From sequence record PP886230.1: a DNA stretch of 64,000 nucleotides; one strand, written 5' to 3'. Shown here one piece after another: positions 22,018-31,391 of the stretch (positions within the stretch are counted from its first letter, which is position 1; each line of letters begins with the position of its first letter). The translations under genes and the position numbers were made by a program. The notes under the pieces were generated by a model. The model was not told the origin of the DNA, made no database searches, and saw nothing but the letters and a program-made list of their open reading frames with translations.

Positions 22018-22349
22018 GTGAAGATAGTAAAGAGTATATTTTACGTTGTTCTTGTGGCGATAAAATGGAGCATTGCGTTCACATTGCACAATTTGACTTG
22101 ACAGAGGAATATGGAGATGATAAACTTGGTCAATGTCTGATAAGTATGCGTTTAAATCCTTTTTTAAAATGGTATAACCGTGTATGGGTTGCAGTAAAGT
22201 ATGTTTTTGGTGTAAACGACTATCAATATGTAGAAGCAACAATTGATGTTGACATTCTAAAAGAAGTTGTGTTACAATTAGAAGATACTAGAACTGATGA
22301 GGTTAAAAAAGAACAAAGAGAAAAACGTACTGATGTGAAGGTTTTATGA
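22014..22349 (+). CDS. Hypothetical protein
   Basis: CSC..HC motif; ATGA coupling. Confidence 0.7.
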   Translation: MSEDSKEYILRCSCGDKMEHCVHIAQFDLTEEYGDDKLGQCLISMRLNPFLKWYNRVWVAVKYVFGVNDYQYVEATIDVDILKEVVLQLEDTRTDEVKKEQREKRTDVKVL

Positions 22350-22540
22350 GTACTGAACTTTATGAAAAAAAGTACTGTACAAATTGCTCAACTGAGTATA
22401 CAATACAAGGTATGTTGATTTGTACAATATGTCAGTCAAAGAAATCAGCAACTTTCATCGTTGATGATAGATTTGGTGATTTGAAACAGTTTAAAGCAAA
22501 CCGCAATCTTCGTATTTTTAGCAATCTAAATAAGGAATAA
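22346..22540 (+). CDS. Hypothetical Zn-ribbon protein
   Basis: CTNC and CTIC pairs. Confidence 0.65.
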   Translation: MSTELYEKKYCTNCSTEYTIQGMLICTICQSKKSATFIVDDRFGDLKQFKANRNLRIFSNLNKE

Positions 22541-22543
22541 TAT

Positions 22544-22972
22544 ATGAATATCGAACAAACTATCCGTGAACATTCTTTCTTCGCTCCAGAAACTGGTCGT
22601 GTTATTGAGAGCGTCAAAATCGAAGAACTAATGGTCAATGTTAAATACAAAGAACCAAATGATGAGATTAGCAGTACTTTTTGTGCTCTACGTGCACCAT
22701 TCCGTAATGAAAAAGCTAAGAAACCAGCATATGTTCTTGCCATTGCACTGGGTTGTGTTGTAAAACTTGCAGTTGATGAAAATCTTCTGAATATTAAAGT
22801 TGCACCAAGCAATGACGATGAAAACATTGATTTGAACTTTGATGGTTCTCTTGATGAAGATGTATTTTTCCAACAGTCACTTGTTTACGACTTCCGTACA
22901 GTGACACATTCTCACATCAAGTTCATTAATGAAATGGTTGAGATTGTTGCTGAATACGAAGAATCTCTCTAA
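22544..22972 (+). CDS. EExxFQxS-family protein
   Basis: LDEDVFFQQSLVYDF near C-terminus; TAAGGA RBS. Confidence 0.75.
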   Translation: MNIEQTIREHSFFAPETGRVIESVKIEELMVNVKYKEPNDEISSTFCALRAPFRNEKAKKPAYVLAIALGCVVKLAVDENLLNIKVAPSNDDENIDLNFDGSLDEDVFFQQSLVYDFRTVTHSHIKFINEMVEIVAEYEESL

Positions 22973-22982
22973 GTAAATACAA

Positions 22983-23005
22983 AAGCCTCCATTATGGAGG
23001 CTTTT
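22983..23005 (+). terminator. Intrinsic terminator
   Basis: AAAGCCTCCA-tta-TGGAGGCTTT-T. Confidence 0.75.
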
Positions 23006-23025
23006 ATCACATAAGGAAATGAAAT

Positions 23026-23577
23026 ATGATAGACCAAATTAAAATCCTTACAAAGCAAATCACTGATTTTCTTTCTGATAAAGATGGATTTAATACAGAA
23101 GTAAAAATGCACGGTGTTAGTGTTGATGTAATTGCACCAAATGGTAATGTAACAAGTTACGACATGTATGAATTACTTCTTTATACTCTAGCAGTACGTA
23201 AACTAGGTAGTGATATTGAACTCAATATCAATACTGATGAAAGTGGGAATAAAATTTTTGCAATCAACACCAGTGCTAAATTCGATATCAGTACTGAAAT
23301 TAAAAAAATAAATGAAAGTTTTATTGGCTTTAAGCATGAATCAATTCAAAGTGTTTTTATTGGAAAGCAAACTTCTAATAGTGAATGCCCATATTGTGTA
23401 ATGACTTTATATAAAGATGGAAACTGGATGCGTCAAGATTTAGTATTTGCTGAACTTCTGTATGCATTTACACATGAACTTAAAATCGAATTGGACGATA
23501 GTGTTTATTGCTTTAAGAAAATTCGAAATATAACTAAAGATATACAAACCCAACTTAAAGAATTAAATGATAAATAA
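23026..23577 (+). CDS. Hypothetical protein
   Basis: TAAGGA RBS. Confidence 0.7.
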   Translation: MIDQIKILTKQITDFLSDKDGFNTEVKMHGVSVDVIAPNGNVTSYDMYELLLYTLAVRKLGSDIELNINTDESGNKIFAINTSAKFDISTEIKKINESFIGFKHESIQSVFIGKQTSNSECPYCVMTLYKDGNWMRQDLVFAELLYAFTHELKIELDDSVYCFKKIRNITKDIQTQLKELNDK

Positions 23578-23692
23578 ATATACCAGAAATGGTTAACATA
23601 TCATGTTACTTTCCTCCCTTACATAATAATGATGCGTTATTATATTTTCATTTTGTTCTTATTCCCCTTTTGGTACAAAATCATTTTAGTAC

Positions 23693-23716
23693 TGCCCCGA
23701 TCTTCGGGGCATTTTT
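23693..23716 (+). terminator. Intrinsic terminator
   Basis: TGCCCCG/CGGGGCA stem followed by TTTTT. Confidence 0.75.
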
Positions 23717-23737
23717 CTTATCTAAAATTGAGGATAT

Positions 23738-24133
23738 ATGAAGAACAATATTGGAACTTCAATAATTAAACCACTTTCTTATTACCTTGAAAAATTTAGA
23801 AGCACAAATGGTAATAAATTTAATAATATATTTCAGTTCTCTCATAAAGAATATATTACAATTGATCATTTTTCAAAGAAACTAATGTATGTAAATGATA
23901 ATAGTCATATTATTAAATTATCATTCGATATTGAGTTAGATAAATTAACATTTACTGAATACATTAATCAAAAAACTTCTTTTTTATGTCAATACAATAG
24001 GAAAGTATATAGTAATATTTCTATGTATCTAAATGATGAATATCACTTTCAACAATCTACAATAGAAGAAGTATTGTTCAGTACTGAAGAATTAAAAGAA
24101 CTATATTACTGGTATAATTATTTCACATCTTGA
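23738..24133 (+). CDS. EExxFQxS-family protein
   Basis: LNDEYHFQQSTIEE; GAGGA RBS. Confidence 0.75.
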   Translation: MKNNIGTSIIKPLSYYLEKFRSTNGNKFNNIFQFSHKEYITIDHFSKKLMYVNDNSHIIKLSFDIELDKLTFTEYINQKTSFLCQYNRKVYSNISMYLNDEYHFQQSTIEEVLFSTEELKELYYWYNYFTS

Positions 24134-24158
24134 CATTATTGTGGGTTTATCCTACAAT
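24130..24158 (+). promoter_or_regulatory. sigma70 promoter
   Basis: TTGACA-17 bp-TACAAT, with a dyad over spacer and -10. Confidence 0.75.
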
Positions 24159-24188
24159 ACATGATGATGCTGCATTGAGGATAAATTT

Positions 24189-24599
24189 ATGAGTTTAGAT
24201 TTACACAATGAACTAAAATATTTTTTAGATTTGGACATATCAGAATTGAACCACCACGTCAATCATATGACTAGTACTGTATGGTGGTCTAATGAACAAG
24301 ACGACCCAATTATCCAACTAAGTGATGAATCGTCAATTATGCGATTTTATAAGATTAATTATAAAAAGAACATCAAGATCACATATGTACCATACAAAAA
24401 CATACTACTAGTCGAAACACTTAATCCAAGTTCTTTATTAAAAATCACCGATTTAGATACATTACAAACAAGTGAATCTTTATTCCAACGTTCATTAGTT
24501 GATGATCTTGGTGGTATTACTTTTGAAGATATATTACAATTGAAGAATATGTATAGTGAATTGTTGGAGATTAAAAACACTTTAGTAATGGGGAATTGA
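24189..24599 (+). CDS. EExxFQxS-family protein
   Basis: TSESLFQRSLVDDLGGITFEDI; GAGGA RBS. Confidence 0.75.
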   Translation: MSLDLHNELKYFLDLDISELNHHVNHMTSTVWWSNEQDDPIIQLSDESSIMRFYKINYKKNIKITYVPYKNILLVETLNPSSLLKITDLDTLQTSESLFQRSLVDDLGGITFEDILQLKNMYSELLEIKNTLVMGN

Positions 24600-24600
24600 T

Positions 24601-25005
24601 ATGGTAAGTTTACTAGATATTGATAATACCAGTTTAGTGCTGGTGAAAAAAGGTTTAATTCCAAATTCTAAAAAAATTGATTATGCTGTTATTGAAACAA
24701 ATATTGGAAATATCTGGTACGACTCTGAAAGGGATATTGTGTTTAGCTGTGTAGACAGTGATCGTTCTGAATGTTGTAGAGTCGGTCATGACGGACAATT
24801 TGTTTTTGAATTTCGTTATTGGAAGGACGCAAAATTTCACCAAGAACTGGTTGCTTTGTCAAATGAACTATATACAGAAGAATCGTTCTTCATGGCTAGT
24901 ACTATTAATGATTTTGGTTCAGTTACATTTGAGTACTATAAAAAAATATACGCACTATCCAGAGAAGTTATGAAAATTATCAGAACTGCTGAAGGTAAAG
25001 AATAA
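24601..25005 (+). CDS. EExxFQxS-family protein
   Basis: YTEESFFMASTINDFGSVTFEY. Confidence 0.75.
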   Translation: MVSLLDIDNTSLVLVKKGLIPNSKKIDYAVIETNIGNIWYDSERDIVFSCVDSDRSECCRVGHDGQFVFEFRYWKDAKFHQELVALSNELYTEESFFMASTINDFGSVTFEYYKKIYALSREVMKIIRTAEGKE

Positions 25006-25006
25006 C

Positions 25007-25384
25007 ATGACTACTATATATGATATTTTGGGTGTTCTGAGTAGAAATATAGATGATGATTTTGTTATTGTTCAAGATACTAGAAATACATTTCAACTAC
25101 CAATAGGTTCACCAGATAGGTTAATTTTTAATAGATACTCAAATGAACTAACTTACATCCATGATGGGATTGCAATTGTATCAGTTTCTATAAACGACTA
25201 TACAATACGATATGTATATGACTTCAACGATTATTGTACAAGAATCCACAGTATTGATATTTCCGAAGAGGAACTATTCCAATTGTCATTGATTGAGAAA
25301 AATGTAATAGGAATTACAGAAATTGGTATTATTAAAAAAGCATTAAACTATACAAATATAAGAATTAATGGTGGGTGCGGATGA
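25007..25384 (+). CDS. EExxFQxS-family protein
   Basis: ISEEELFQLSLIE. Confidence 0.75.
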   Translation: MTTIYDILGVLSRNIDDDFVIVQDTRNTFQLPIGSPDRLIFNRYSNELTYIHDGIAIVSVSINDYTIRYVYDFNDYCTRIHSIDISEEELFQLSLIEKNVIGITEIGIIKKALNYTNIRINGGCG

Positions 25385-25836
25385 ATGTTGACGAAATAAA
25401 AAATCATTTTGAAATTGCAATGTCATGTGAATTTGACACACAACGTGTTCATGACCCGAAAGAACATATACGCATTTGTTGTGAATTGTCAGATGATTGT
25501 AATATTTTTATTGGAAAAACCTATGACATGATCGATCTTTCATGTATAGATCCATTGGAAAGAAAAACAAAATATTTATATCTGTACAACACAACATCAG
25601 ATACGATTGCAATACAACTAATATCAACCACAACATCCCAAAGTTATTATAACATAACTGAGGTTAGTAGTTTAACGTTAACCGAAGAAGGATTCTTTCA
25701 ACAATCGCTTATTCGTGAAATTGGTGTTAGTTATGATGAGTTAAATGTATTAGTAGATTGTTTCGAAAAATTGAGTACTTTTGTATTATCCCTTTTTAAT
25801 ATACAGTCGCAAAATCCAATGGTGGTGAAATGCTAA
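25381..25836 (+). CDS. EExxFQxS-family protein
   Basis: LTEEGFFQQSLIREIGVSYDEL; ATGA overlap start. Confidence 0.75.
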   Translation: MNVDEIKNHFEIAMSCEFDTQRVHDPKEHIRICCELSDDCNIFIGKTYDMIDLSCIDPLERKTKYLYLYNTTSDTIAIQLISTTTSQSYYNITEVSSLTLTEEGFFQQSLIREIGVSYDELNVLVDCFEKLSTFVLSLFNIQSQNPMVVKC

Positions 25837-26270
25837 ATCCAAGTAAATTTCTCCACTTACTTTCGATAACATCAATACCGGATCTTACCAGTGAAACTAA
25901 TGAATATCGTGAAGCTGGGGTGGTGTCTATGGAACTCGATACATTTGACCACAAATGCTATGTGACATATGACCCACCGCGTTATGGTAAAGAACATTCT
26001 TCTTTTATTTTTGTATTCGTATACACTGTATATGATAATACAACACTTGATGATGTTTGTATTGACACTTACGAAATTTGTGATAATATCATAACTGATG
26101 ACAACAATAATTCATTTGATATGTCACTATATAACACAGAAGAATCGTTGTTTCAACTTAGTACTGTTATTGATGCACCATCATTAGAAGATATAAAACA
26201 ATTTCAAGAACATCTTGACGCAGTTCGTGAGATGTTCTATAATCATTATCCAGAAGTAGAGTTCAATTAA
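25830..26270 (+). CDS. EExxFQxS-family protein
   Basis: NTEESLFQLSTVIDAPSLEDI. Confidence 0.75.
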   Translation: MLNPSKFLHLLSITSIPDLTSETNEYREAGVVSMELDTFDHKCYVTYDPPRYGKEHSSFIFVFVYTVYDNTTLDDVCIDTYEICDNIITDDNNNSFDMSLYNTEESLFQLSTVIDAPSLEDIKQFQEHLDAVREMFYNHYPEVEFN

Positions 26271-26284
26271 CTAAAGGTAATAAG

Positions 26285-26545
26285 ATGACTAAAGTAGTTC
26301 GTAAACGCCACATGATGAACATGGATGAATTTCGCACATTTGACAAATATCGTACTATGTTTCGTATGCTTTCACAGGGCCGTCCAATCGTCATTGTAAC
26401 AGAGAATTACATGTCACCTGAGATTATGTTTGGTAATTATGAAAAGGTCTTCATGTTGTACGTGAAGCGTGGATTACTTACAATCAAGACATTAGCTGAA
26501 GCAACTGATGAAGATATGGATGGTGATAATACCTTTACCATGTGA
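26285..26545 (+). CDS. Hypothetical protein
   Basis: AAGGT RBS; fills tiling. Confidence 0.7.
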   Translation: MTKVVRKRHMMNMDEFRTFDKYRTMFRMLSQGRPIVIVTENYMSPEIMFGNYEKVFMLYVKRGLLTIKTLAEATDEDMDGDNTFTM

Positions 26546-26553
26546 GGAAATAT

Positions 26554-26631
26554 ATGTCTGAAAAGCCAAAAGAACCATTAGATCGTGATGATGATTTTTA
26601 TGACGAACGATATGGAGATGATGATGAGTGA
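26554..26631 (+). CDS. 25-aa highly acidic micro-protein (not in ORF track)
   Basis: GAGGA RBS; MSEKPKEPLDRDDDFYDERYGDDDE. Confidence 0.55.
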   Translation: MSEKPKEPLDRDDDFYDERYGDDDE

Positions 26632-26875
26632 ACATAGTGATGTGCTTAAAAAGATTTTAAAGGAACTTGATGGTGAGTTTAATGTCACAGAAGAAGAATA
26701 TGAGCATTGGAAGAAAGGTTTTGAACAACTAACCGAGTATGATAAAGTGTTCAATATGATTGGCGTAATTAGCCAGTACTTACTCGGTGGAGGACGTGCA
26801 AGTGCTTCAATTCTGGCATCTGCAATCATCTGTACATCACGATGGTGTGATGAAAAAAGTTTGGAAGATTTCTAA
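26624..26875 (+). CDS. Hypothetical protein
   Basis: GGAG RBS inside the upstream micro-ORF. Confidence 0.65.
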   Translation: MSEHSDVLKKILKELDGEFNVTEEEYEHWKKGFEQLTEYDKVFNMIGVISQYLLGGGRASASILASAIICTSRWCDEKSLEDF

Positions 26876-26927
26876 ATAAGATGCTATAATATATTATAGT
26901 ACCTTAACAATATAAAAAGGATTTTAT

Positions 26928-27788
26928 ATGAAACCTATCCGAGTACTTTCTCTTTTTAATGGAATGAGTGTGGGATATATGGCATTGCAAGATGCTGGTA
27001 TCCCAGTTGAAAAATATTATTCATCCGAAATTGACAAGTACGCAATAGCTGAATCTCAAGCTAACTTTCCTGATATTATCCAATTGGGTGATGTAACTAA
27101 GTGGAGAGAATGGGATATTGAGTGGGATAAAATAGATTTATTAATGGGTGGTTTCCCATGTCAAGCCTGGTCAGTTGCAGGTAAACAGGGTGGTTTAAAT
27201 GATATACGTGGGCAGTTATTTTTAGTAATGGTTGAAATTTTTGATCATATCAAAAGTCTCAATCCTAACTTGAAATTTCTGTTTGAAAATGTTAAAATGA
27301 AGGAAGATTTCAAAGAATACATTAATAGTATTTTAGGAATCACGCCAGTACTGATAAACTCCCAGCATTATACGCCTCACTTCAGGCAGAGATATTACTG
27401 GTACAGTACTGATAAGCTTTTTATACCACCTGCATTATCCAATGCACCTAAACTTCAAGATATTATTGAAGATGGTTGGTACACTGACAGAACCGCTTCG
27501 TACTGTATAGATGCTAACTATTTTAAAGGTGGTGATTGTAACCAGTACTTTAATAAATCCAGACGACAATTGGTGTTTCGTGACCCAGTGATCAGTCGTC
27601 AATATCTATTAGAGAATGGCAAAAGAAATATTGACTATAGACACTTAAGTGTAGTAGAATGTTGTAAATTACAGGGTGTTCCTGAAGATTTCTTTAAAGT
27701 GTCTAGTAAGACACAAGCATACAAAATGCTTGGGAATGGATGGACTATGCCAGTTATATCACATTTACTAAGAGAGATATTCTTTTGA
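26928..27788 (+). CDS. Orphan C5-cytosine DNA methyltransferase
   Basis: Motif I VLSLFNG, motif IV GGFPCQ, motif VI ENV, motif VIII QRYYW, motif X LGNGW; no restriction gene adjacent. Confidence 0.92.
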   Translation: MKPIRVLSLFNGMSVGYMALQDAGIPVEKYYSSEIDKYAIAESQANFPDIIQLGDVTKWREWDIEWDKIDLLMGGFPCQAWSVAGKQGGLNDIRGQLFLVMVEIFDHIKSLNPNLKFLFENVKMKEDFKEYINSILGITPVLINSQHYTPHFRQRYYWYSTDKLFIPPALSNAPKLQDIIEDGWYTDRTASYCIDANYFKGGDCNQYFNKSRRQLVFRDPVISRQYLLENGKRNIDYRHLSVVECCKLQGVPEDFFKVSSKTQAYKMLGNGWTMPVISHLLREIFF

Positions 27789-28270
27789 ACATAAACAAAT
27801 ACCAAACTTATATAAAACGTACAGAAAGTTTCAAACGGCTGGCTGTAAAATCTGAATTAGAATTTAATTTGTATTATCCTAATATTGGTGATGAGGTATT
27901 TTATTGCTCTCATTCAAAGAATGGAACTTTACTTAAATCGGGTAAAGGAACTATTGTTGATATGACCGCAAATTTCAGAGGTAAACTTAATGTAATGTAC
28001 AAAGTACAAGATTCAAGTACTGAGTGTATTCATGAAGTGATGCATAACATACCTGCATATCCAAAAGATTTTGTTCAGCTAATATCTCGAAGGGAGAAAC
28101 CTATGTTTTATTGTGGTTACGACAAATTAACCAAACAAATTATTCCTAATACTATGGGAAAATTTAAAAGTGATGTGAAATCTGAACTTGAAAAGAAATT
28201 TGGCACGTCATGGGAAACTGAAAACGAGTTTATCGAAATTCGTTTAATTGAAATTACTATACTTGAATAA
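27785..28270 (+). CDS. Hypothetical protein
   Basis: Probable TTG start overlapping the MTase stop. Confidence 0.6.
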   Translation: MNINKYQTYIKRTESFKRLAVKSELEFNLYYPNIGDEVFYCSHSKNGTLLKSGKGTIVDMTANFRGKLNVMYKVQDSSTECIHEVMHNIPAYPKDFVQLISRREKPMFYCGYDKLTKQIIPNTMGKFKSDVKSELEKKFGTSWETENEFIEIRLIEITILE

Positions 28271-28274
28271 TTAC

Positions 28275-28299
28275 AAATCCACGCATTGCGTGGATTTTT
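28275..28299 (+). terminator. Intrinsic terminator
   Basis: AAATCCACGC/GCGTGGATTT stem with T run. Confidence 0.7.
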
Positions 28300-28312
28300 C
28301 ACAGGTGCATAT

Positions 28313-28828
28313 ATGCCAATTCCTTATGTTAAAATTATTAATAATATTCTCGATTCATGGGAAGATGTTATTACGGGTAAAAAGCAACCATCACCAGTAC
28401 ATGCTTTATCTGGGAAACTTCAATTCAGAATGTCAAACCAAACTGAAACATTTAATAATCATGATATTTGCATTACATTAAAAACACCTATTAGTATTGT
28501 AATTAAAAAAAATAAAGATGATGAATTGACATTATCTATTGGTCGTGATAAAATCATTTTAAGTAATTTGTCTGAAGAAGAATTCTTTCAAAGAAGTACT
28601 ATTATCGATATGAAAGATTTCACATATGAATCATTGGTTGAACTCAATACACGTTTTAACGATATTCAGGAACGATTGCGACCAATTCTTCGTATCGAAG
28701 AAGAAGCCTGGATTGAAAGTATTAGGAAGATGCAAGAAATGTTGAAAGAAAATATTAACAATCTGGGTAAAGCTACAATGGAATTTGGTAAAACTTTTAA
28801 ACTGAACTTTTCAAAGGATCGTAAATGA
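28313..28828 (+). CDS. EExxFQxS-family protein with C-terminal helical extension
   Basis: LSEEEFFQRSTIIDMKDFTYESL. Confidence 0.75.
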   Translation: MPIPYVKIINNILDSWEDVITGKKQPSPVHALSGKLQFRMSNQTETFNNHDICITLKTPISIVIKKNKDDELTLSIGRDKIILSNLSEEEFFQRSTIIDMKDFTYESLVELNTRFNDIQERLRPILRIEEEAWIESIRKMQEMLKENINNLGKATMEFGKTFKLNFSKDRK

Positions 28829-29280
28829 AAATTGATAATTTGATTCATGTTTTAGGATCTTTACATAAAATATTATCACATCTACATGAGATAAAGAAAC
28901 TGGGATTTAACATCTCAAATTCAATTGAAACTACATTTAAATATCAATCAATTACTGGTGATGGTTATTACATAATCGAATATACTTATGAAACCGATCC
29001 AGACTTCTATCCTCTTACGTTGAGAATTTATCCAACAAATCCGAGAGGAATTCACGACATATCATCAATTTCACTTGATCCAGATGGTGAAACGAGTATT
29101 GAATACAATAATGATTCAAAACCAGAATTTTACATTGATGATATTAAAATGATGTTCAACGATGAATATGTGTTCCAGCAAAGTACAGTGCATGATGTTG
29201 GAAGTACTAATGGACAATTTTGGAATACATGTTATTATCATATGATTGAAATTTGTAAATTACTAAAAGGTGATGATTAA
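28825..29280 (+). CDS. EExxFQxS-family protein
   Basis: FNDEYVFQQSTVHDVG. Confidence 0.75.
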   Translation: MKIDNLIHVLGSLHKILSHLHEIKKLGFNISNSIETTFKYQSITGDGYYIIEYTYETDPDFYPLTLRIYPTNPRGIHDISSISLDPDGETSIEYNNDSKPEFYIDDIKMMFNDEYVFQQSTVHDVGSTNGQFWNTCYYHMIEICKLLKGDD

Positions 29281-29663
29281 TGAAATACAGCATTGAAGTA
29301 CATTACACTACAGGGGACACTGAAACTGAAGATTCAGTTACCAATACATTGGATGTTCAATGGGAATCAAAGGATGAGGCAGTTGTAGCATTACAGTCTT
29401 TGAAAGAGCATTGGGTATTCTTTAAGAAACTCGATGATGCATATAGTAACGAACGTGCGACAATAATCGATGAAGCCAAACATAAAGAATGGTTTGATCC
29501 AATGTCATGTGAATTCTCTTTCTTTGTAAAAATTGGAGATAAAAAAATTCCAGTACGAACACCGTGGAACGGCTACTTTGAAACTCTTCATAATGCACGA
29601 GTTGTCGCTGTTGATAATCCTGAGCAAATCGATTTCGATTCATTGGACTGGAAAAAACTATGA
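29280..29663 (+). CDS. Hypothetical protein
   Basis: TAATG coupling. Confidence 0.7.
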   Translation: MKYSIEVHYTTGDTETEDSVTNTLDVQWESKDEAVVALQSLKEHWVFFKKLDDAYSNERATIIDEAKHKEWFDPMSCEFSFFVKIGDKKIPVRTPWNGYFETLHNARVVAVDNPEQIDFDSLDWKKL

Positions 29664-30103
29664 CAGTACTGCACCAATTGAAGAAGGTTAAGCATCCAGT
29701 TGTATACGAGGATTGGAAACGACAGAAGTTGATGGGTGATTTTTATTTCCCAAAATCTAAAGTACTAGCAACGTCAAAAGCTATATACTTGAAATATAAG
29801 GATGAAGATTGTTTGTGTATTCAAATGGGATTCCATCCTAAAGTTGGTTTGTTTACAACAAATCAAACATTTTATAAATTTAGAATTCAAAAAGATACAT
29901 TTAGTATTCATATCGAAAAACATGATGTACAAGATACAATTTATCGTGTGGAAAGTGAGCCTTTGAATCTTGTTGAGATCCCGTACAATAATTTAGAAGA
30001 AATGTACTTTCAGCAGTTGACAATACAAGAAGACTTTGGTATGATAGGACTTCAAGAGTTAGAGATGATTAAACAAATTCGTGATATCTACTTTAAGGAG
30101 TAA
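29660..30103 (+). CDS. EExxFQxS-family protein
   Basis: NLEEMYFQQLTIQEDFG. Confidence 0.75.
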   Translation: MTVLHQLKKVKHPVVYEDWKRQKLMGDFYFPKSKVLATSKAIYLKYKDEDCLCIQMGFHPKVGLFTTNQTFYKFRIQKDTFSIHIEKHDVQDTIYRVESEPLNLVEIPYNNLEEMYFQQLTIQEDFGMIGLQELEMIKQIRDIYFKE

Positions 30104-30105
30104 CT

Positions 30106-30249
30106 ATGCCAGTACGTAACAGTACTTCACGCTTTACGCTTCAACAGAAAGCAGATCTTTTGAATATGGCAAACAAAGATTCTAATTTTCACTATCTAGT
30201 GCTCGGTGGGTCAGTAGAAAAGATTGACCTACGTGAGTGTATGAAATAA
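30106..30249 (+). CDS. 47-aa hypothetical protein (not in ORF track)
   Basis: TAAGGAG RBS; MPVRNSTSRFTLQQKADLL... Confidence 0.6.
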   Translation: MPVRNSTSRFTLQQKADLLNMANKDSNFHYLVLGGSVEKIDLRECMK

Positions 30250-30263
30250 CAAAAGGGGCTAAA

Positions 30264-30434
30264 ATGAGTTTACGTGAATCATGGGAACAATTTAAAGAAG
30301 AGATTGGTTATCGTGGTGTTAAGATTGAACCAATCAATCGTACTGAAAGCATCAAAGCTAGTACTAATGGTACTACCTATGATCGTTATGATGAAAAGTA
30401 TGGTTTACATTCTAAACCAAAGGATACTGAGTAA
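30264..30434 (+). CDS. Small hypothetical protein
   Basis: AAGGGG RBS. Confidence 0.6.
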   Translation: MSLRESWEQFKEEIGYRGVKIEPINRTESIKASTNGTTYDRYDEKYGLHSKPKDTE

Positions 30435-30577
30435 TGGTGTATACTAATATTTTTACTGGTATTATGCGTAAATTTATTAATGGTACTGGATACGTATCTA
30501 ATGACAACGGTAGTACATGGGTAAAAAATAATACGTCTGAATCTTTAGTAAAAAGTCTTCCGTATTATAAAGCTTGA
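30434..30577 (+). CDS. 47-aa hypothetical protein (not in ORF track)
   Basis: TAATG coupling; MVYTNIFTGIMRKF... Confidence 0.5.
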   Translation: MVYTNIFTGIMRKFINGTGYVSNDNGSTWVKNNTSESLVKSLPYYKA

Positions 30578-30607
30578 CACATGAAAATGGAGTATATATA
30601 ATACTCC
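30574..30607 (+). promoter_or_regulatory. sigma70 promoter
   Basis: TTGACA-17 bp-TATAAT inside dyad GGAGTAT/ATACTCC. Confidence 0.8.
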
Positions 30608-30634
30608 TATATTAATTAAACGAGGATATACGAA

Positions 30635-31207
30635 ATGGCTGGTGTTGATAAAATTTGTGAATTCAGTTCAGATTATGAAGGTTACGAGATGTACAAGTCC
30701 AAGCGTAATCACATTCAAGTACTGTCAAAGTACCGTAAAGAATTCCGAGGACACAAAGCAACATTGTATGTTTTTGAGAATGGATATTCTGAAGTTTTCA
30801 CAAGTGGTGGGTACAGTACAGCTAACATGGCACATATCAACCCAAACCCAACTGAAGATGATTGGAATAGTGGTAACGCTTTTCGTATTTCAATTTTGAA
30901 TAAAATGAATCGTTACGACCGTTATTGTACATTCTTTGAAAATATTTCAGAATACAAGCAAGCATTAAAGAAATATAATCAACGCTTACTAATGAATTAT
31001 GATTACATTCTTCATGTGCCAACTGTTCCAGGTCAGGTTAATGGTCTGTATACGAATAGTACACATGATTTAACTGCGGTGAAGCGTCGCCTCAAACGTA
31101 TGTTGGGTTGTCGTAATTTAACAATCAAGGTTGTGCGTAATGAATCAATGTATAACTTTTTAGATGTACTACACTACACATTGAAGGATAATAATGGAAA
31201 CGATTAA
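30635..31207 (+). CDS. Hypothetical protein
   Basis: GAGGA RBS, promoter upstream. Confidence 0.75.
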   Translation: MAGVDKICEFSSDYEGYEMYKSKRNHIQVLSKYRKEFRGHKATLYVFENGYSEVFTSGGYSTANMAHINPNPTEDDWNSGNAFRISILNKMNRYDRYCTFFENISEYKQALKKYNQRLLMNYDYILHVPTVPGQVNGLYTNSTHDLTAVKRRLKRMLGCRNLTIKVVRNESMYNFLDVLHYTLKDNNGND

Positions 31208-31391
31208 GTTTATGTTTGAGGTGTTTGTTGCATTCATCTTATGTGCTGTGTCTATTACTATTGCTTTAATCCCAGTAATCGTTTACCAAGTTAATGGTGG
31301 GACAGATCCAACAATTGATATTTTACTTCGTTGTTTCGGGTTTTTTATATGGTTGGCGATGTTTATGTACTACATGCATCTTGAGGATTGA
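31194..31391 (+). CDS. Small membrane protein
   Basis: Two hydrophobic helices. Confidence 0.65.
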   Translation: METIKFMFEVFVAFILCAVSITIALIPVIVYQVNGGTDPTIDILLRCFGFFIWLAMFMYYMHLED

